From contig NC_134033.1 in the NCBI RefSeq assembly GCF_964204645.1, positions 12,408,655-12,472,654 on the forward strand: a DNA stretch of 64,000 nt. Reading direction: 5' to 3'. Position 1 is the first letter of the stretch. Each line of letters opens with the position of its first letter. Position numbers and translations under genes: made by a program. The notes below the pieces were generated by a model that made no database searches, had not been told where the DNA came from, and saw nothing but the letters and a program-made list of their open reading frames with translations. Of the stretch, positions 1 through 12,900 are shown in pieces. This DNA comes from Tubulanus polymorphus. Lineage: Eukaryota > Animalia > Nemertea.

Positions 1-1680
1 CGCTGGCTTGACAACCGTCGCTACCGCAGATTCTAAATTCGAAATTTATCGCGTTTGAACTGAAGTGAGAATTGAAAAAGAAAAAGTTCATTGAAATTGA
101 TTGCCGCAAAAAAACATTACGGTGTAATCTATTATGTTTTAGGCGTGGTTTTTCGAGATAAGAAACGAGAATTGAATCCGGAAAAAATTAATGATGATGA
201 TGATACGCGCGCCTGTGGTCTAACGATTTATTGTGCTTTCATTGCCGGCCGAACTCGAAGGGAAGCGGTATGCCAACCCGAGATACAGTTCGATAGTGTC
301 ATGAGTTAAGATTTGATTCGTTAAAGTAGCCGCTGAACTGCTGTATCAAAGCATAATTGTAACGGTATTTTCATTGGCGTCAAAAATGAAAATGCTCATC
401 GCAAGCGACTAGGTTTGAATTGGTATATATAGCTGATGAGACAGTAGGTCTCGGCGCTAACCGGTCTATCGGTCGGTCTGTGAATATAGTCGGGGGGGGG
501 GGGATTTTTGTATCAATGTCGAGTCTGTCGTCAACAGTTTATTTTCGTCGCGCAAAAACGACGTATTAATCCTACAGAAATGATTGATTATACTCGGTCG
601 CCAGATTATCCCTCGCGTGCCACAGGTGGTTCGTCGCTCCTCGCCTGCCGCAGTCAAGTTACGTACGATATCGTCGGTATTTCGCACGCGTTACGGCCTT
701 AGTTCCTGTAGTTTGATTTGTCACCTAGAGCGAGCCTATATCCTACAATAAAATACACGATGACAATGCTATCACCATCCCAATGAGTAAAACATCGGTA
801 AAGGCAACCAAAATCCTCGCTTTTTGGTTTATGACCACTTTTCAAAGTCGGCTGATACATGCATGAAATGCTAAACAATGCTTTGCTACCATAAATAGGT
901 TATAATGCAGATAGTGCGCCGAATATCAGATTGTTGGACATCAAAGTGCCCGTTTAGGATGTGACACGTTCTTCAGAGTAAGCCCCTGGGTCCATCCCTA
1001 ATTCGATATCTTTCCCTCTTATATCCACTTCTTAATCTGCTGGCAACTTTCCATGCAGTAACTTATCAAACCCCATAACAGCGTCTTCCAAACAATGAGA
1101 AAATCTCACGCATGATCGAACACGGTTTTTTGTTACGATAAGGCTTCGTATTTTCTTCACGCGCAGAATATTTCCACATTTCCGTCGTCGTTTCGTCGTG
1201 CACTTTTTTAGTTTTATTAACGTTCGCGGATGGTCGCGTTTTCGTTCTCGAGAACGCGCATCAACACAAAATCTTCCGCACCAGATTTCATCGTCGAATC
1301 TATAGCGCTGCTGTTTCTCGTCATTATTCGCGTTTTCTATCGCTCTCTGCCTCATTGAACACCGTAAACAGTTCGGCGATATTTCACGAGATTACACGCG
1401 ATTTGTCTCTATCTCACTCTTTTATTGTCGCTCTTAATTGTTTTCGATGGAATTAAGTAATATTTTAAAGATGCATTCCACCGCTAAGGTTCCTCGAGTA
1501 AAGTTGGTTAATGGTTGGTTGTAAAGTTGGTTATAAAATATCATTGATACTGTGGTATTTTCCGACGGTCCGACTAACAATCAGTAACTGGCTACAAATA
1601 TCTGAATGTTGCTTCGTAGTTTGTTCCTAATCTCAGATTTTGAATATAAACTTTCATCATATTGCTGATAGATTTCTTTT

Positions 1681-1726
1681 TTTTCTCATTTCATATTTGG
1701 TTTTTCTGTCGCCTTATCAGGTAAGT
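1681..1726 (+). other. Juxtaposed 3' and 5' splice signals (polypyrimidine tract-CAG|GTAAGT), possible recursive splice site or exon end
   Basis: ttttctcatttcatatttggtttttctgtcgccttatCAG|GTAAGT, with CAG at 1718-1720 and a perfect donor at 1721-1726. Confidence 0.35.
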
Positions 1727-2387
1727 GCAATTTAAGTTTCTGAAAAAAATGTTCCTCTTGGAAATACTGCGTATATATAAAATGGATGATTACGGGAAAC
1801 GTCGGCAGTGTCTTTGAAGTGGAATGAGTTTAGAATAAGAGCGCATTGATTCTGATTGATCTCGCATCGGTGGAATGCAACAGCGCGATGCAGCAGCAGC
1901 GGCTGCAGCACGCCGGGTGCAATTTAGCGGCAGCGGTAATTTAGACTTTTTTCTACGCGGCACATTACCTCGCGTTACCCGCGCATCGTCTCAAAGAAAA
2001 ACCAACAACATTTCCCCGCAATGATGATAATGAAGATCTCTTCTTTCAGTCAATTTTTTGATGTAAACATATAAAATTGTCGCCCGAGGACGCGGCGGAC
2101 GCGATGTAACGTCGTCGCAAAGAGGTGTTCCGCGATTGGGTTTATACGATTTGTTTTTCGAGATTATTTTCCGAGTCGTTTGACGTCGATGCTGAGAAAA
2201 TAAACTTAAGTGCATTCGGCATGTTCCCGCGTGCACGCATATGCACAGCCTCCGGCGCGATGCAACATTAGCATCTTTCATCTGCATCGTCTTTGGGATG
2301 ATTGAAGCATCAGGTATATTTGCTAGCGATCCTAACGCGCGGTCACTTATGAAGAGTATCGATGATTTTTTATTCAGCATCATTTAC

Positions 2388-2435
2388 TGCCGCTGCTGTT
2401 GCTGCTGCTGCTGTTGTTGCCGCTGCCGTTGCTGC
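2388..2435. repeat. Imperfect (GCT/GTT/GCC)n trinucleotide microsatellite
   Basis: tgccgctgctgttgctgctgctgctgttgttgccgctgccgttgctgc. Confidence 0.85.
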
Positions 2436-3575
2436 ATGATCGTTATCTCGTCTTTTCACTTTGTTTTCTTTGAAAACTTTCGCCGAAAATGTTCTTCTCC
2501 AAATTAAGTTAATGACACGTGAAATTCAATGTGCGGAATCATAAGTTTTTATGCGCCTTGAATCTCACAGACACGAATTCCTGAATGATTGTGAACTTTT
2601 GATCCTTTTTTTTATTGATAATTCAGGACTCAGTTCTACAACTGTCGCTGTAGTAGTAATAACTTAATTTTCAATGATTTACCGTTCAGATAAGTACATA
2701 GACCAATATACAGCCTGGACCCAAACTTCCTCAGACATTTTAATTTGATCACGTCGAGTTAGTTTTTCCGATTATTGGGGTTAAATCTTGTGTTTCTTCA
2801 TTTAGAAAAAAAAGTAATCAATATCAACCAAACTAAAGTTAAGCTTTTTCAAGAATCTGGATCGACCCGGCACATCTTTATGTAATTGAAAATGATGAAC
2901 CAACAAATACGGATATTAGTAATTTCATCGGCATATTTTCAAAAATATTGTCCAGATTTCGCACTACCGGTGGTAATTAAAGGAAAAGGAATGTCTTATG
3001 ATTGAAGCTGTCAAAACGTTCAAATCTTCCACGGTTATATTTTGAGTACATTTGATTTAAGAGGTCAAATTAGATTATTTGTTTAGATTATTCAGTTCCC
3101 CGGAGCCAACAGCACGTGTGAAATTGGGTCCCGTTCATCCAAATCGGATTAGATGATCCTTTTCGTATTCTTTGTTGTGCAATCGGTAAGCTGCAGGGTT
3201 TTTTTTCATTTAAAAATTTATCTAATCTGTTAGTCATGTCTACTGGTGGCGAGGATTCTACTATAAAGATTAAAGATTTATAACTAGGTTTGAAATTCGG
3301 TATAATCTTTTAAACCGTCCCCAGGTGTAGATGCGCGGGGAACCGTAGAAAATAAAAAGATAACTCGATCTTCTTTCTTTTTTTCAATAAGTCTGAGAGG
3401 ATATCGCGATTATATTCTTTTTTTCGACTGGAAAAAAGGGATCTGTCGGCATTTCGATGTTAAAGCCGCTCTCATTGGTCCGTATATCAGGGAACTGGCC
3501 AATGAAAGCAGACGTCACATGAAGCGTCTCTCGAGTTGTGGAGGATCTTAGTGTATCCGATGTACTAGTTATTTT

Positions 3576-3632
3576 GGTCTTCCGGTTAGCACGTTATTTT
3601 CTACGTGCGAGACTCAGGTTCGAGTCCCGATG
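3576..3632 (+). pseudogene. Degenerate tRNA-like sequence / SINE head
   Basis: A-box-like tggtcttccggtt followed at tRNA-like spacing by B-box GGTTCGAGTCCC. No intact cloverleaf. Confidence 0.4.
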
Positions 3633-4652
3633 AGTTTACATAATTTCACCGTCACTTCTCTTATTCGTTACACTGGTGGGGAACCCGAATTGATCTTGGT
3701 GTCGATTTAGTAAACGCATAGACAAATAGTTATTAGATAATATTTAACTAAATTTATTGAAAGTAAGAGCTTTCAAATCTGGTAAATGAAACAATACATG
3801 AAATAATGTATCTCGAACTTGTTTCGACTGGCCTCAGATTGTCTAGCAATGTCCTCGAATGAAAACTAAAAATATTGAAATCGACCTTTCGATTTTTTGG
3901 CACAAAACGGTTATTCGATCCAAACCTATTTTTGTATATGCAATGATAAACAAACATAGGCTTACGAGATTACTGGCAGCAATATCAAATATTGTTCAAT
4001 ATATCTTAGGTTTAGAAATAGAACATCTATTAGAACGATTTTCTCTTTGATTTCAAGCAGCGGTAAGAAGCGTTTTGATTGGTGATTCTAGAAAATTCGT
4101 CGATCAATGTAATTTCGGTAACCGAATACAGTGCGTGTATCGTATCACTGTACATCGTCGGAAATATGTGTTTTTGATTTTTTACGCTGTGAAGGGTGGA
4201 TCAAATGTCAGTCAGCGGTAAGGACAGGCCTGAGAGGAAAGGTTACCTTTAGAATGACAGTGTTTTAGCCGTTTCTGTTGCATGTATTAATGTGCTGTTT
4301 GAGAAGCGATGGTATTGAATTAAGCTGCGACATTATGGGATTCGAACCCCTATTTGCTAAATAAAGCCTAAGTCCAATTTGTAATGATGAATTGAACTGG
4401 GGCACGCAGTACCCAGCGCCACCAGACCCCTCTAGATCCGTGCACTCAAACGACTCAATAGTCATCAAAATTAAGTTCATTTTCAATTAAATTTCCTCCC
4501 GCACAAAACCAAGGCAATCTTGTTTCTGGATTGATCAAATGTTATTTTTTGGATTCAAATATAGCGCAATCTTTATTCATCATTTAGAGAATTGGAGAAA
4601 TCATGGATGCCTTCATTTGAATTTGTAATCCCGCATCGTTGTCCGAATGCAC

Positions 4653-4683
4653 ACTAGCGAGCCTGGCGGATCATCGCTTGCCA
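4653..4683 (-). mobile_element. Helitron-like 3' terminus relic (hairpin + CTAG-T), copy 1 of 3
   Basis: Minus strand reads tggcaagcgatgatccgccaggctcgCTAGt, similar to copies at 10008-10038 (+) and 31623-31653 (-). Confidence 0.45.
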
Positions 4684-6999
4684 AAGTCGAACGTCGAGAG
4701 TCCTCATTGCAAAAACACTTCCCGAAAACATGTTATTCAACCTGCGCACTAAATATGGTTCCATTATCGGCGCGCCTCGTATTGAAACAATCATTTTTAC
4801 AAAACGTGCACCACAAAGCGTTATCAATCTATGACTCATATTAAATAATCTCCGATATCTGATAACGTCACGCGCGGTTTTTGCTAATTCATTTTATCCG
4901 TTCGAGTTTATCTACCAGTCAACGATTGTCAATTAGTGCCCGATTCGATGAGGTGGAAAACCGGGAACCCCATTGTCTTCGATGACCTGCGGTAATCAAT
5001 TAATTGATCTGTTAACCCTTTACCGCTCGTTTCCATCATCATATCCCGGCATGAACTCCCTTGCACTGTGGTAAAAGTCCTTTAAAACGCATTTGTCGAG
5101 CCAATGCGAAAAACATGTCGCTACTACGAATTTCGCATTATTAAGAATGGCATTCTATTGCATTTGAATTGAATTGAACAAATTTGTCCTCTGAAAAATG
5201 TTGGCGTTAAGCGAGCAGTGACATTAAAAAGGATAGCAGTGTTACAACGGACTGTCTACTTCTAAATGTTGTCTTGAACTTTTCTTGATCTATAGAAACA
5301 GCGAAGGGTGTTTGCTGCTCGCTTCAACCATTTTCGACGAAAATACTCAAAACAAACATTACTGGTTGAGTACCATTTTTCCAAAATGCAGAACAATGGT
5401 CGAATGCGGTTCAGTTCATCAACCTTTTTCTTGTTGATACCGTTAGTGGATACATAATCTTTGGAACACGACTAGGGATGATTCTTTTAAAAGTGCCTAA
5501 TACCTTAGCTGCCTTATAGTAGAATAGCCGCACTTTGTAATAATCAGGAGTAGCAGGAATTAATAGGAGTCTTCAGAATTTCTGAACGAGGATATTCAAG
5601 CTGAAAGATAGTAGAGATACAAGTTGGGTAGCTCATTGAGACGGGATTGAAACCCACTATGTAAAATTTTTGAAGATTAAAGCCAGAATTTATTTATCAA
5701 GAATTAAAGATTAAAAATGGAGGACACGATGTCTCGAACTCTGTCTAGAGGTCATCGTCCATTGTAAGAGAATTACTCAAACCTTATTTCCTTTTAAATT
5801 AATTGTTGAATTACTTTTTTTGGTGTCATAAACAGTTGAAATATTTCTATATTTGTTCGTGCGTCAATGTCTTGTTTTAAATACATGTAGATTCTCCTAC
5901 GACGCTACGTTTGTTGATCGAGTAAATATACTGCAGCTTATTCCGATGATAGAAAAACACGAGAGAAGATATCACGGATTTAGCTTTTTAATTGATTTCC
6001 CCGCGGACCGACACAGTCGCGCTTCGAAACGCTAATTACCGTCACCAGTCTCCTATACCGCGTCCGAGTCGGTGTCCGTTTCCTTCGACCGCAGTTAACA
6101 TCCCGGTTCGCGTTGCCGAATTGCGTACGTATAGATATCTGAAAATAAAACCCGATCTGACAAAAGCGATTCGTCGGTTTTCAGTCTATATTGAATCAGA
6201 CTCTTCGACAGATAAAGACGCTCGCGATGGATGAAGAGAGATGTTGAGATATTTGATGACTCACTAAAGAGATGGTGCGTTTATTAAGACAACTCACTTT
6301 CTTTGCCATCAATCTCTTAGACTCGCTCGTGCGCGCCTTACATACCTCTCAGAGCCGTTACTAGTACCACCAATTAACCCGATGTTTAAACGCTTACAAA
6401 CATCATCAAAAACATCTTGCCGTTTTATGCTTTCACCCGCGAATACATATGTACCGTCGACCTCGCCTTACTCACACACGGCCAACTTGGACTTTCGACT
6501 AACTCGTGCAAAAACAAATCATTCTCCGCTAACTTCTTTACGCATTTTCCGATCCTTTATTCGGGTTTAAGTTATATCAATCCAGGTTTTTTCCTAGTGA
6601 GGCGGGGTGTACTGTGTATTTTAGAATGAGAAATCTTAAGAATCAGCACCAGGCCCCAGCAGGCCTATATAGTTGTTAAGCCTTGATTATACAGTTCTTG
6701 AACCAAAACAGGTTCTTATTGGAGTATCATACTATCGAATAAATTGTCGCATCTGCAATAGTACCAAGATGAAAACTAAGGTGTCAGAGATTGGCTACAG
6801 AACCAAAATAAAGCTTACTGTGGTCTTAAATCAAAGCATTCTATCGGTGGATCCCAGGACTAGGATAAGACCATTCCGTGTTCTTTTTTAATTACTGAGC
6901 TAACAAATTAAAAACTCAGCAGTAGTTCCCTTCAAATTTGAAACTCCACGAATTTGGCTCGTACATCTTTTGGAAAGGATAAAGCCGTTTATCTCGAAT

Positions 7000-7150
7000 A
7001 GACTGTAAACATCGCCTACCACGGACAAACTGGGACCGGCAAAATCGTCCGTGGTAAGCGAAATCCTAGTCAAAGATAGCAAAATACGTTAGGAAGTCAG
7101 AAAAAGGATTTCGTTTTATTCCGAGTTAGTCAAAAGTTGGACTTGTCCGA
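7000..7150 (+). mobile_element. Decayed MITE (Tc1/mariner-pogo/Tigger-like), homologous to 26735-26990
   Basis: Shares gtcagaaaaaggatttcgtttt, ccgagttagtcaaaagt and aaaatcgtcc..taagcgaa with the reverse complement of 26735-26990. The superfamily label is inferred from terminal style. Confidence 0.55.
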
Positions 7151-7797
7151 ATAAGATGAGGTTTATTCAGCGAATACAATATTGTGACACCAAACATCGG
7201 ATCCATTAATCAGCCACTTCACAGATACAGACGTGTTTCTTCATTTCACCTTTTAAATACTTCAACAAAAATGTAACGCGAGAGTTTCATGCTGTTGTGG
7301 TGCAATACACGCAGATGAAAGCGGTTTTATCAGAAGACACGAGATGAAATTAACTCGCAACCTGTGTCTCTGTGATCGTAACATCCAGCGTGAGTCACAA
7401 AGCCTCAAACAAGTGGATCTATCCATTGAAATGCCTCCTCTCTCTACCCACGACTCTCTCGCCTGCCACAGGCGACTATAAGCTAAATCGGTTAAGTCCG
7501 CGATGTTTCATTACAAATTGGAAATTATTGAAATTGAATTCGACGTTTTCCGGAATAGTGCTCGAAGTCACATTGACGACGAGCGCGAGGTTTGTTCGCG
7601 TTGAATACGAAACGCATTCAGAGACTAGAAAAAATAAACCATATTCAGTTGTTCTTTCGTCGTGCAACAAAGTTTCTTTGGAAATGTGACTGACTTTAGA
7701 CCTATACATTAGCCTCGTGGTATTGATGATGGACAGGGGAAGCCTTGTCCCGGGGCTCTAGCTTCGGAGAGCGAGCCACTTACAACAAGTGACTATC

Positions 7798-7882
7798 AGT
7801 ATTCCCGAAGACGACTATTCAGGATCTAGTCGGAAAGTCGAAATAAATGATAGTTCGGAAGACTTTTGACCACCTTTTTCAT
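7798..7882 (+). mobile_element. Dispersed repeat with hammerhead-like core (Penelope-associated type), decayed
   Basis: tattc CCGAAGA cgacta-loop-tagtcg gaaa gtc gaaata ... cttttcat, homologous to 12818-12900. Confidence 0.4.
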
Positions 7883-10007
7883 GTCGTGGGATTTCTAAGA
7901 CGCGCAGAGTGTTTCCGATTCATTGTCATTGAAAAGGGCTCCCAGAACATTGGCCTCATGCAAGGATTCAAGGCCGCATAGCGATCCTTTATCAAAACAG
8001 GACGTATAAATTAGATTTTAATCTAGATAATTCGTCCACGTCACAACCCAATGTCTCGTACAATGTCCATTCAAATGTCCACCGAATGACATTGAAACTT
8101 TTAAATGATTTGCAATCTTTCAATTAAGATACGACACTATTTTAACTGACCAAAACGCACACATGTTGCGTGGTTCATAGCTCGAGACGAGTCCTAATTG
8201 TTTGAGCTAATGCACTGCACGGATTATCTTCTTTGACTCGCTACTAAAAGTACTGCGCTGGCCCCGGGGTTTTCAAGTGTAATAATAATTGATAGGAACC
8301 GTGACGGTCGGGAGAAGCGACTGCCCTTTAAACACGCACTTTACCATTCCACTCGCAATTCATAACATATAAATACATTGACACAATTCCGTAGGCCTAT
8401 TTTGAAAAGCTTCTCTCATATATGTTGATGCCCTTTCGACAATCTAATCCTAACAATGCGCTGTGTTTTCTCTGGCAAATGATGTCAACGATTTCTAAAA
8501 CTCCGGAAACTCAAGTAGACCTATATGTAAACACGTGACGAGCGCATCCCTGTGGGTAGTATTTACGAAATGATCTATGGCTATAGCCACTTGAAATTAT
8601 TCAAATGCCACATATATTCAAGTCGTAAAAGCACTTAAGAAGGTACATTTATTATACTCGGCGTGCAATTGATTGAGTCACTCGGTAGTCTTTATAGGGG
8701 TGGCAGGGTTCCGAATTACTAATGAACGGATTCGAACCCAATGGAACCAATTATCCAATGCTGAGATCTCACCAGAGTTTGAATATCCGCTAAAGTTCCT
8801 TTAAATTACCCTAAACATAGCCTATACGAATGAAAATGTTGTACACTTGAGGGATTCGAGGGATTTGGGGATTGAGACATTTCTCATTCACGAGATGCAA
8901 TTGCAATGAAATCTTCCAACTTAATCTACAAAAATCTCAAATCGTTTTCATACGTTCATGTACATCCACTTCGCCCTTGACCCCCGACTGACTCTGCGTA
9001 TTTAAAATGCTCATATTCCAACCCGGACCTAAACACAGCTCGCGACAATAATAATAGGTCTGCAGTGTTACTTTTGTCATTCAGAAAACGACGTACGTTT
9101 TTCAGTCGAAACGTCTTTGTGCATTGTCCATTTTGTGTCGCAGGTATTTTTTATTTTAGTCGAAGCGAAAAAAATCTTTTCACTCAGTCACGAATGTCAT
9201 TTCGAGTATTGTGATGTTGTCTGCATTGCACAACGGGTTCTGTGAAAACCTTAAAAAGCGCAACACGAATAGACCGGGTTGTCATGTTTTCATTCGTAAC
9301 GCTCATTTTAGTAACTTCAATTGTTTGTCAATTTCAATAGACACCTCTTATGCTGATCATGTACGCTTCGTGACGTGAAGGAAAGTTGTTTAACAGACAC
9401 GTAAGGGGGCGCCACGTCCCGGTCACTTGTTCCTTTGGAAGATCACCTTGACTTCATTTTGTCTCGAGATGTTTTGCGGCAATCTGCATAGATAGTAGTT
9501 CTTCTCCGGCTGAGAGCTGAATAAATGTCTTCACGAATCTCCTTTACGTGCCTTTCCCTTTCTAACGAGCACCAGACCACTCGGCTCAAGGAATTCGGCT
9601 AATGCTCACTCGGTAGGTGGCGCCAGCAGCCGGGCCAGCAAAATCCATCCATTAGAAATCAAAACCCCACGTATACGCAAAAGAAATCGATGGTGTTTTT
9701 TGTATATCTGGTATTTTGTTAATGGTATTTTCGGCTCGGTCGGTCGTCGTCAGTTTCCGCCTGCTTAGGTTTGATCCCATTGTTGCCATGAGTCACGCTT
9801 TCTGTGTCCACGCGTGATTAGATCTCGGAGTGGCAGGCGAGAAAACACGTCAACACCTCTTCTGAGAAATATTCCCGTACCACTATCCCGGCTTAGGTCT
9901 TAGGTCAGTTCAATATGGTCACGATTAATCGCGACCATCGTCAGGGGCTTATATATGACAACCTTTGACTTTGTCCCTTACTTCAATGGGAACCAACAAC
10001 GCTCCTG

Positions 10008-10038
10008 TGGCAAGCCCATATCCGCCAGGTTCGCTAGT
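10008..10038 (+). mobile_element. Helitron-like 3' terminus relic, copy 2 of 3
   Basis: tggcaagcccatatccgccaggttcgCTAGt, preceded near 9955-9975 by tgacaacctttgactttg. Confidence 0.45.
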
Positions 10039-10384
10039 GGTCTCTTATCTAATTTTGTATAGGCTGTTTTTGTAATTTTATGTGAACGTACCAATGATAT
10101 TTATCTCACATCGAGTGGAAATGAAATTAATTAAACTAACCTACATTTCGAAAAAAATCGAATGAACTTTTCTCTTAAATAGTTCAGTTGATTATGAAAA
10201 TGATACCAATTTCTGAGTAGGTAAGTATATTTGGTGAATGAAATTCTATGGGGAGGCAAACAATTCAGTTCACAGTAGGTTGATAATGAAATTATTTTGA
10301 CAACGAAAAAGGAATGTCCCGTTCATCAAGCCATCTGGTGGGTTAACTGTCCAAGCAGCTTCCTGAAGAATGAATTAATTAAGT

Positions 10385-10497
10385 TGGAAACCGCGGTTTC
10401 TCTTTCCCGGCAGGTGTGGTGGGTTTGAAAGTGACACATTTTCTAATCAAAATCAAAATTAATCAATCAAATAGATAAAAGGGACAATTCCCTTTAT
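10385..10497 (-). repeat. Dispersed repeat, inverted homolog of 23110-23222
   Basis: Both copies share acccaccacacctgccggga and the upstream agggaattgtcccttttatctatttgattg / agggattgaccctgttatttatttggttg. Confidence 0.75.
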
Positions 10498-11344
10498 CAT
10501 AAAAACTGGTCTATAACCAGTCCCCGGTACAGAACATAAGAAAGAACTTTCAATAGCCTCGCATGGAATTCAACAAGACGCGGAAGTGGTCCACTGAATG
10601 GTGCGCACAGTCTCCACAGATCAGTTATTCCGCAGACAGCAGGATTCCCAGCCAGACGGATTCGGGAGTATTTAACTGCCATTACAGCACAATGTCTGAC
10701 GAGTTTTTCTCTGTTTTGATTAGGTTTTGAGTTGTCTCCTGTTCTATTGATTAAAGAATGCCGAACAATACCGGTATCGATTCGACTCCCCGGCGCGTAG
10801 ACGATGTACCCACCTGAACGGGCTATTGTTACCGGTACTGCTCCGCACCGAACGACCCGACGACTTGGCCATGACGCTGAATCACAGGCTATCGATTCCC
10901 TTTGTTACGTTTTTTTGGTGTCGTACACTCGGGGAATCCTATCAGTCCTAAATCGAGCGAAAGAATCGATGCGTCGAGATGGAGATAATTATAACGCGGA
11001 TTAATCGTAAAGTTGTAAAACAATGTCGACACCTGGTGAAAAAGTGTTGTTCCCGTTTTGATGCAAATGAGTTGGGATTCGTAAATAAAGAATCTTTCGT
11101 CTCTCGAGCTGTGGTAATGGCGCTGATAGTCATAAGAACGAATGTAGGGGACGAACACCATAGTGGCAATGTGTTCAAATATAACGTGGTGGTTCGACGG
11201 TTGAGGGTAGATTGTGATTCACAGAGGGTCTGGGCAGTAGGTGCTATCTACTAGACATGCGAATTAAAAGGATACCTTACGTAGCGGTAATGGGTTATGC
11301 GTCGTGCAGCTACACAATCACAATGATCCAGACCTAAGTGTAAT

Positions 11345-11384
11345 CATGGACGTATAAACTAGAAATCTAGTTTATACGTCCATG
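11345..11384. mobile_element. 40-bp palindrome flanked by a 7-bp direct repeat, P-element-like footprint or mini-element
   Basis: gtgtaat [catggacgtataaactaga aa tctagtttatacgtccatg] gtgtaat, with 19-bp perfect arms. Confidence 0.75.
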
Positions 11385-12817
11385 GTGTAATGAATTCTGG
11401 TCTCCACGGTTCAAAGTAGCAAGAGGCTGATGCAAAATTAGACACTTTTGATCGTAGGAAGTATTAGCATTTTGGACACTTTTTGTGAGGCAAAAGACGT
11501 GACATTTTTCTTATTAAGACCGCGGCCTATTCGTCCTAGTCCACAACATAGTCGAAACTCAAAGGTATTAATATTGGCATAAAACACGATTGTCCAAAAA
11601 TTAATTCGTGATACCAAAAGTCAGCACGTTGTAAGCACTTTTGGCACATTTTCTGTGAAAAGCAAACACTTTTAAGCACTTTGGAGATGCGCTGTGAATC
11701 GCAGTGAACCCTGGTCACTGGTAGGTAGGCTAACGTAGTAATGCTGCATTTTGATCAGGGATTGTTGACAAAGGGAATGCGGGTTTTTATGATTGGCATT
11801 AGTAATGAATTTAACACTCTATAACTGCGTTACTATATTAAAAAGCTTTTCTATAAATGCTATGAGTAGTGATATAATGGAATTGTGATTATAACGCCCC
11901 GCCAGCCTGAAATATCGCCAGTTACGTAATTGCACTATTAAATACAGTTTCATGTCAATCCTATTGAGTACTTGGGAGTCCGTGCAGTCCCCTTGTTCCG
12001 CCGGAACAATATTTCAATTTGCATCCGATGACGTCATCGACGCCATTGCTAATTACTGAATCAGTTAAACACACGCACGCGCAATGGGGGTAATCGAATA
12101 TCCTTTACAAATTTGGTCGCTTGACGCGCCGAGATTTGACGAGAACAAAACCGACGATATTTTTACCAGTCATCCCCCGACAACAACGCGCGTGTGTCCG
12201 GTCCGTTTTCCCGTTCAGTAAATTATTAACGAACTATTGCATTTCCGTAATTGATGAAAACAATCAGCCGACTACTTACCCGCATTTAATAACAACTTAA
12301 ACCGTCGCTGTTTGAATTGGCGTTTTCTAGTTTGATAGATTATTATTCGAGACAAGCTCGTTGAGAATTTTCTAACGATAATTAGACTATAGAATGATGC
12401 TCTCTTTCTCATAATCGCCTGGGTTACTTCGCAAACTGCGATAAAATTTGTAATGAGTTCATTTCTGTAGTTGCCGGGTCTGTTATGGTTAACCAGATCA
12501 TGATTTGAAATAATTACTTTGGGTAGATAGGCGGCCGGCCGGGTAAACTTGTAAGCAAAGCAGAAATGAGAGACAGGGTATCAAATGCTTTTGGCATTAT
12601 CTAAAAAAATATGGGTTTTATCCAAAATTTGAATGTGAAATGTTGTATTAGAAAGATTATTCCTCGAACCATTGATCTGGGATTCAAGACTCAATATCTC
12701 AATAATCTTATTTTAAACTGAACTGATTTCAAATAAATAGGTGGAAAGATTCTGATTTTTCTGGCTACATTAGGTCTTGAAGATGATGGATTCAATCTGA
12801 AATGATCGGTTAACACA

Positions 12818-12900
12818 GGTATTCGCGAAGATGACTATAAGGACATGGTCGAAACGTCGAACAGACGTGAGCTCACGGAAACATTTTAGACTCTTTTCAT
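12818..12900 (+). mobile_element. Dispersed repeat with hammerhead-like core, homolog of 7798-7882
   Basis: tattc GCGAAGA t gactat-aaggac-atggtc GAAA cg TC gaa ... ctcttttcat. Confidence 0.45.

Noticed and set aside
425-470. CTGATGA-gac..gtc hammerhead-like start
   Set aside because: GAAA is missing and the cleavage triplet is out of register.
10210-10226. Other perfect donor-like motifs (10221 +, 12279 -, 47858 -)
   Set aside because: No matching acceptor or open exon was found, and several such motifs are expected by chance in 128 kb of both strands.
10563-10730. 55-aa ORF with IPSQTDSGVFNCHY, faintly like the Ulp1 protease PQQxNxxDCGVF motif
   Set aside because: It lacks the catalytic Cys and any other motif, so it is consistent with chance.
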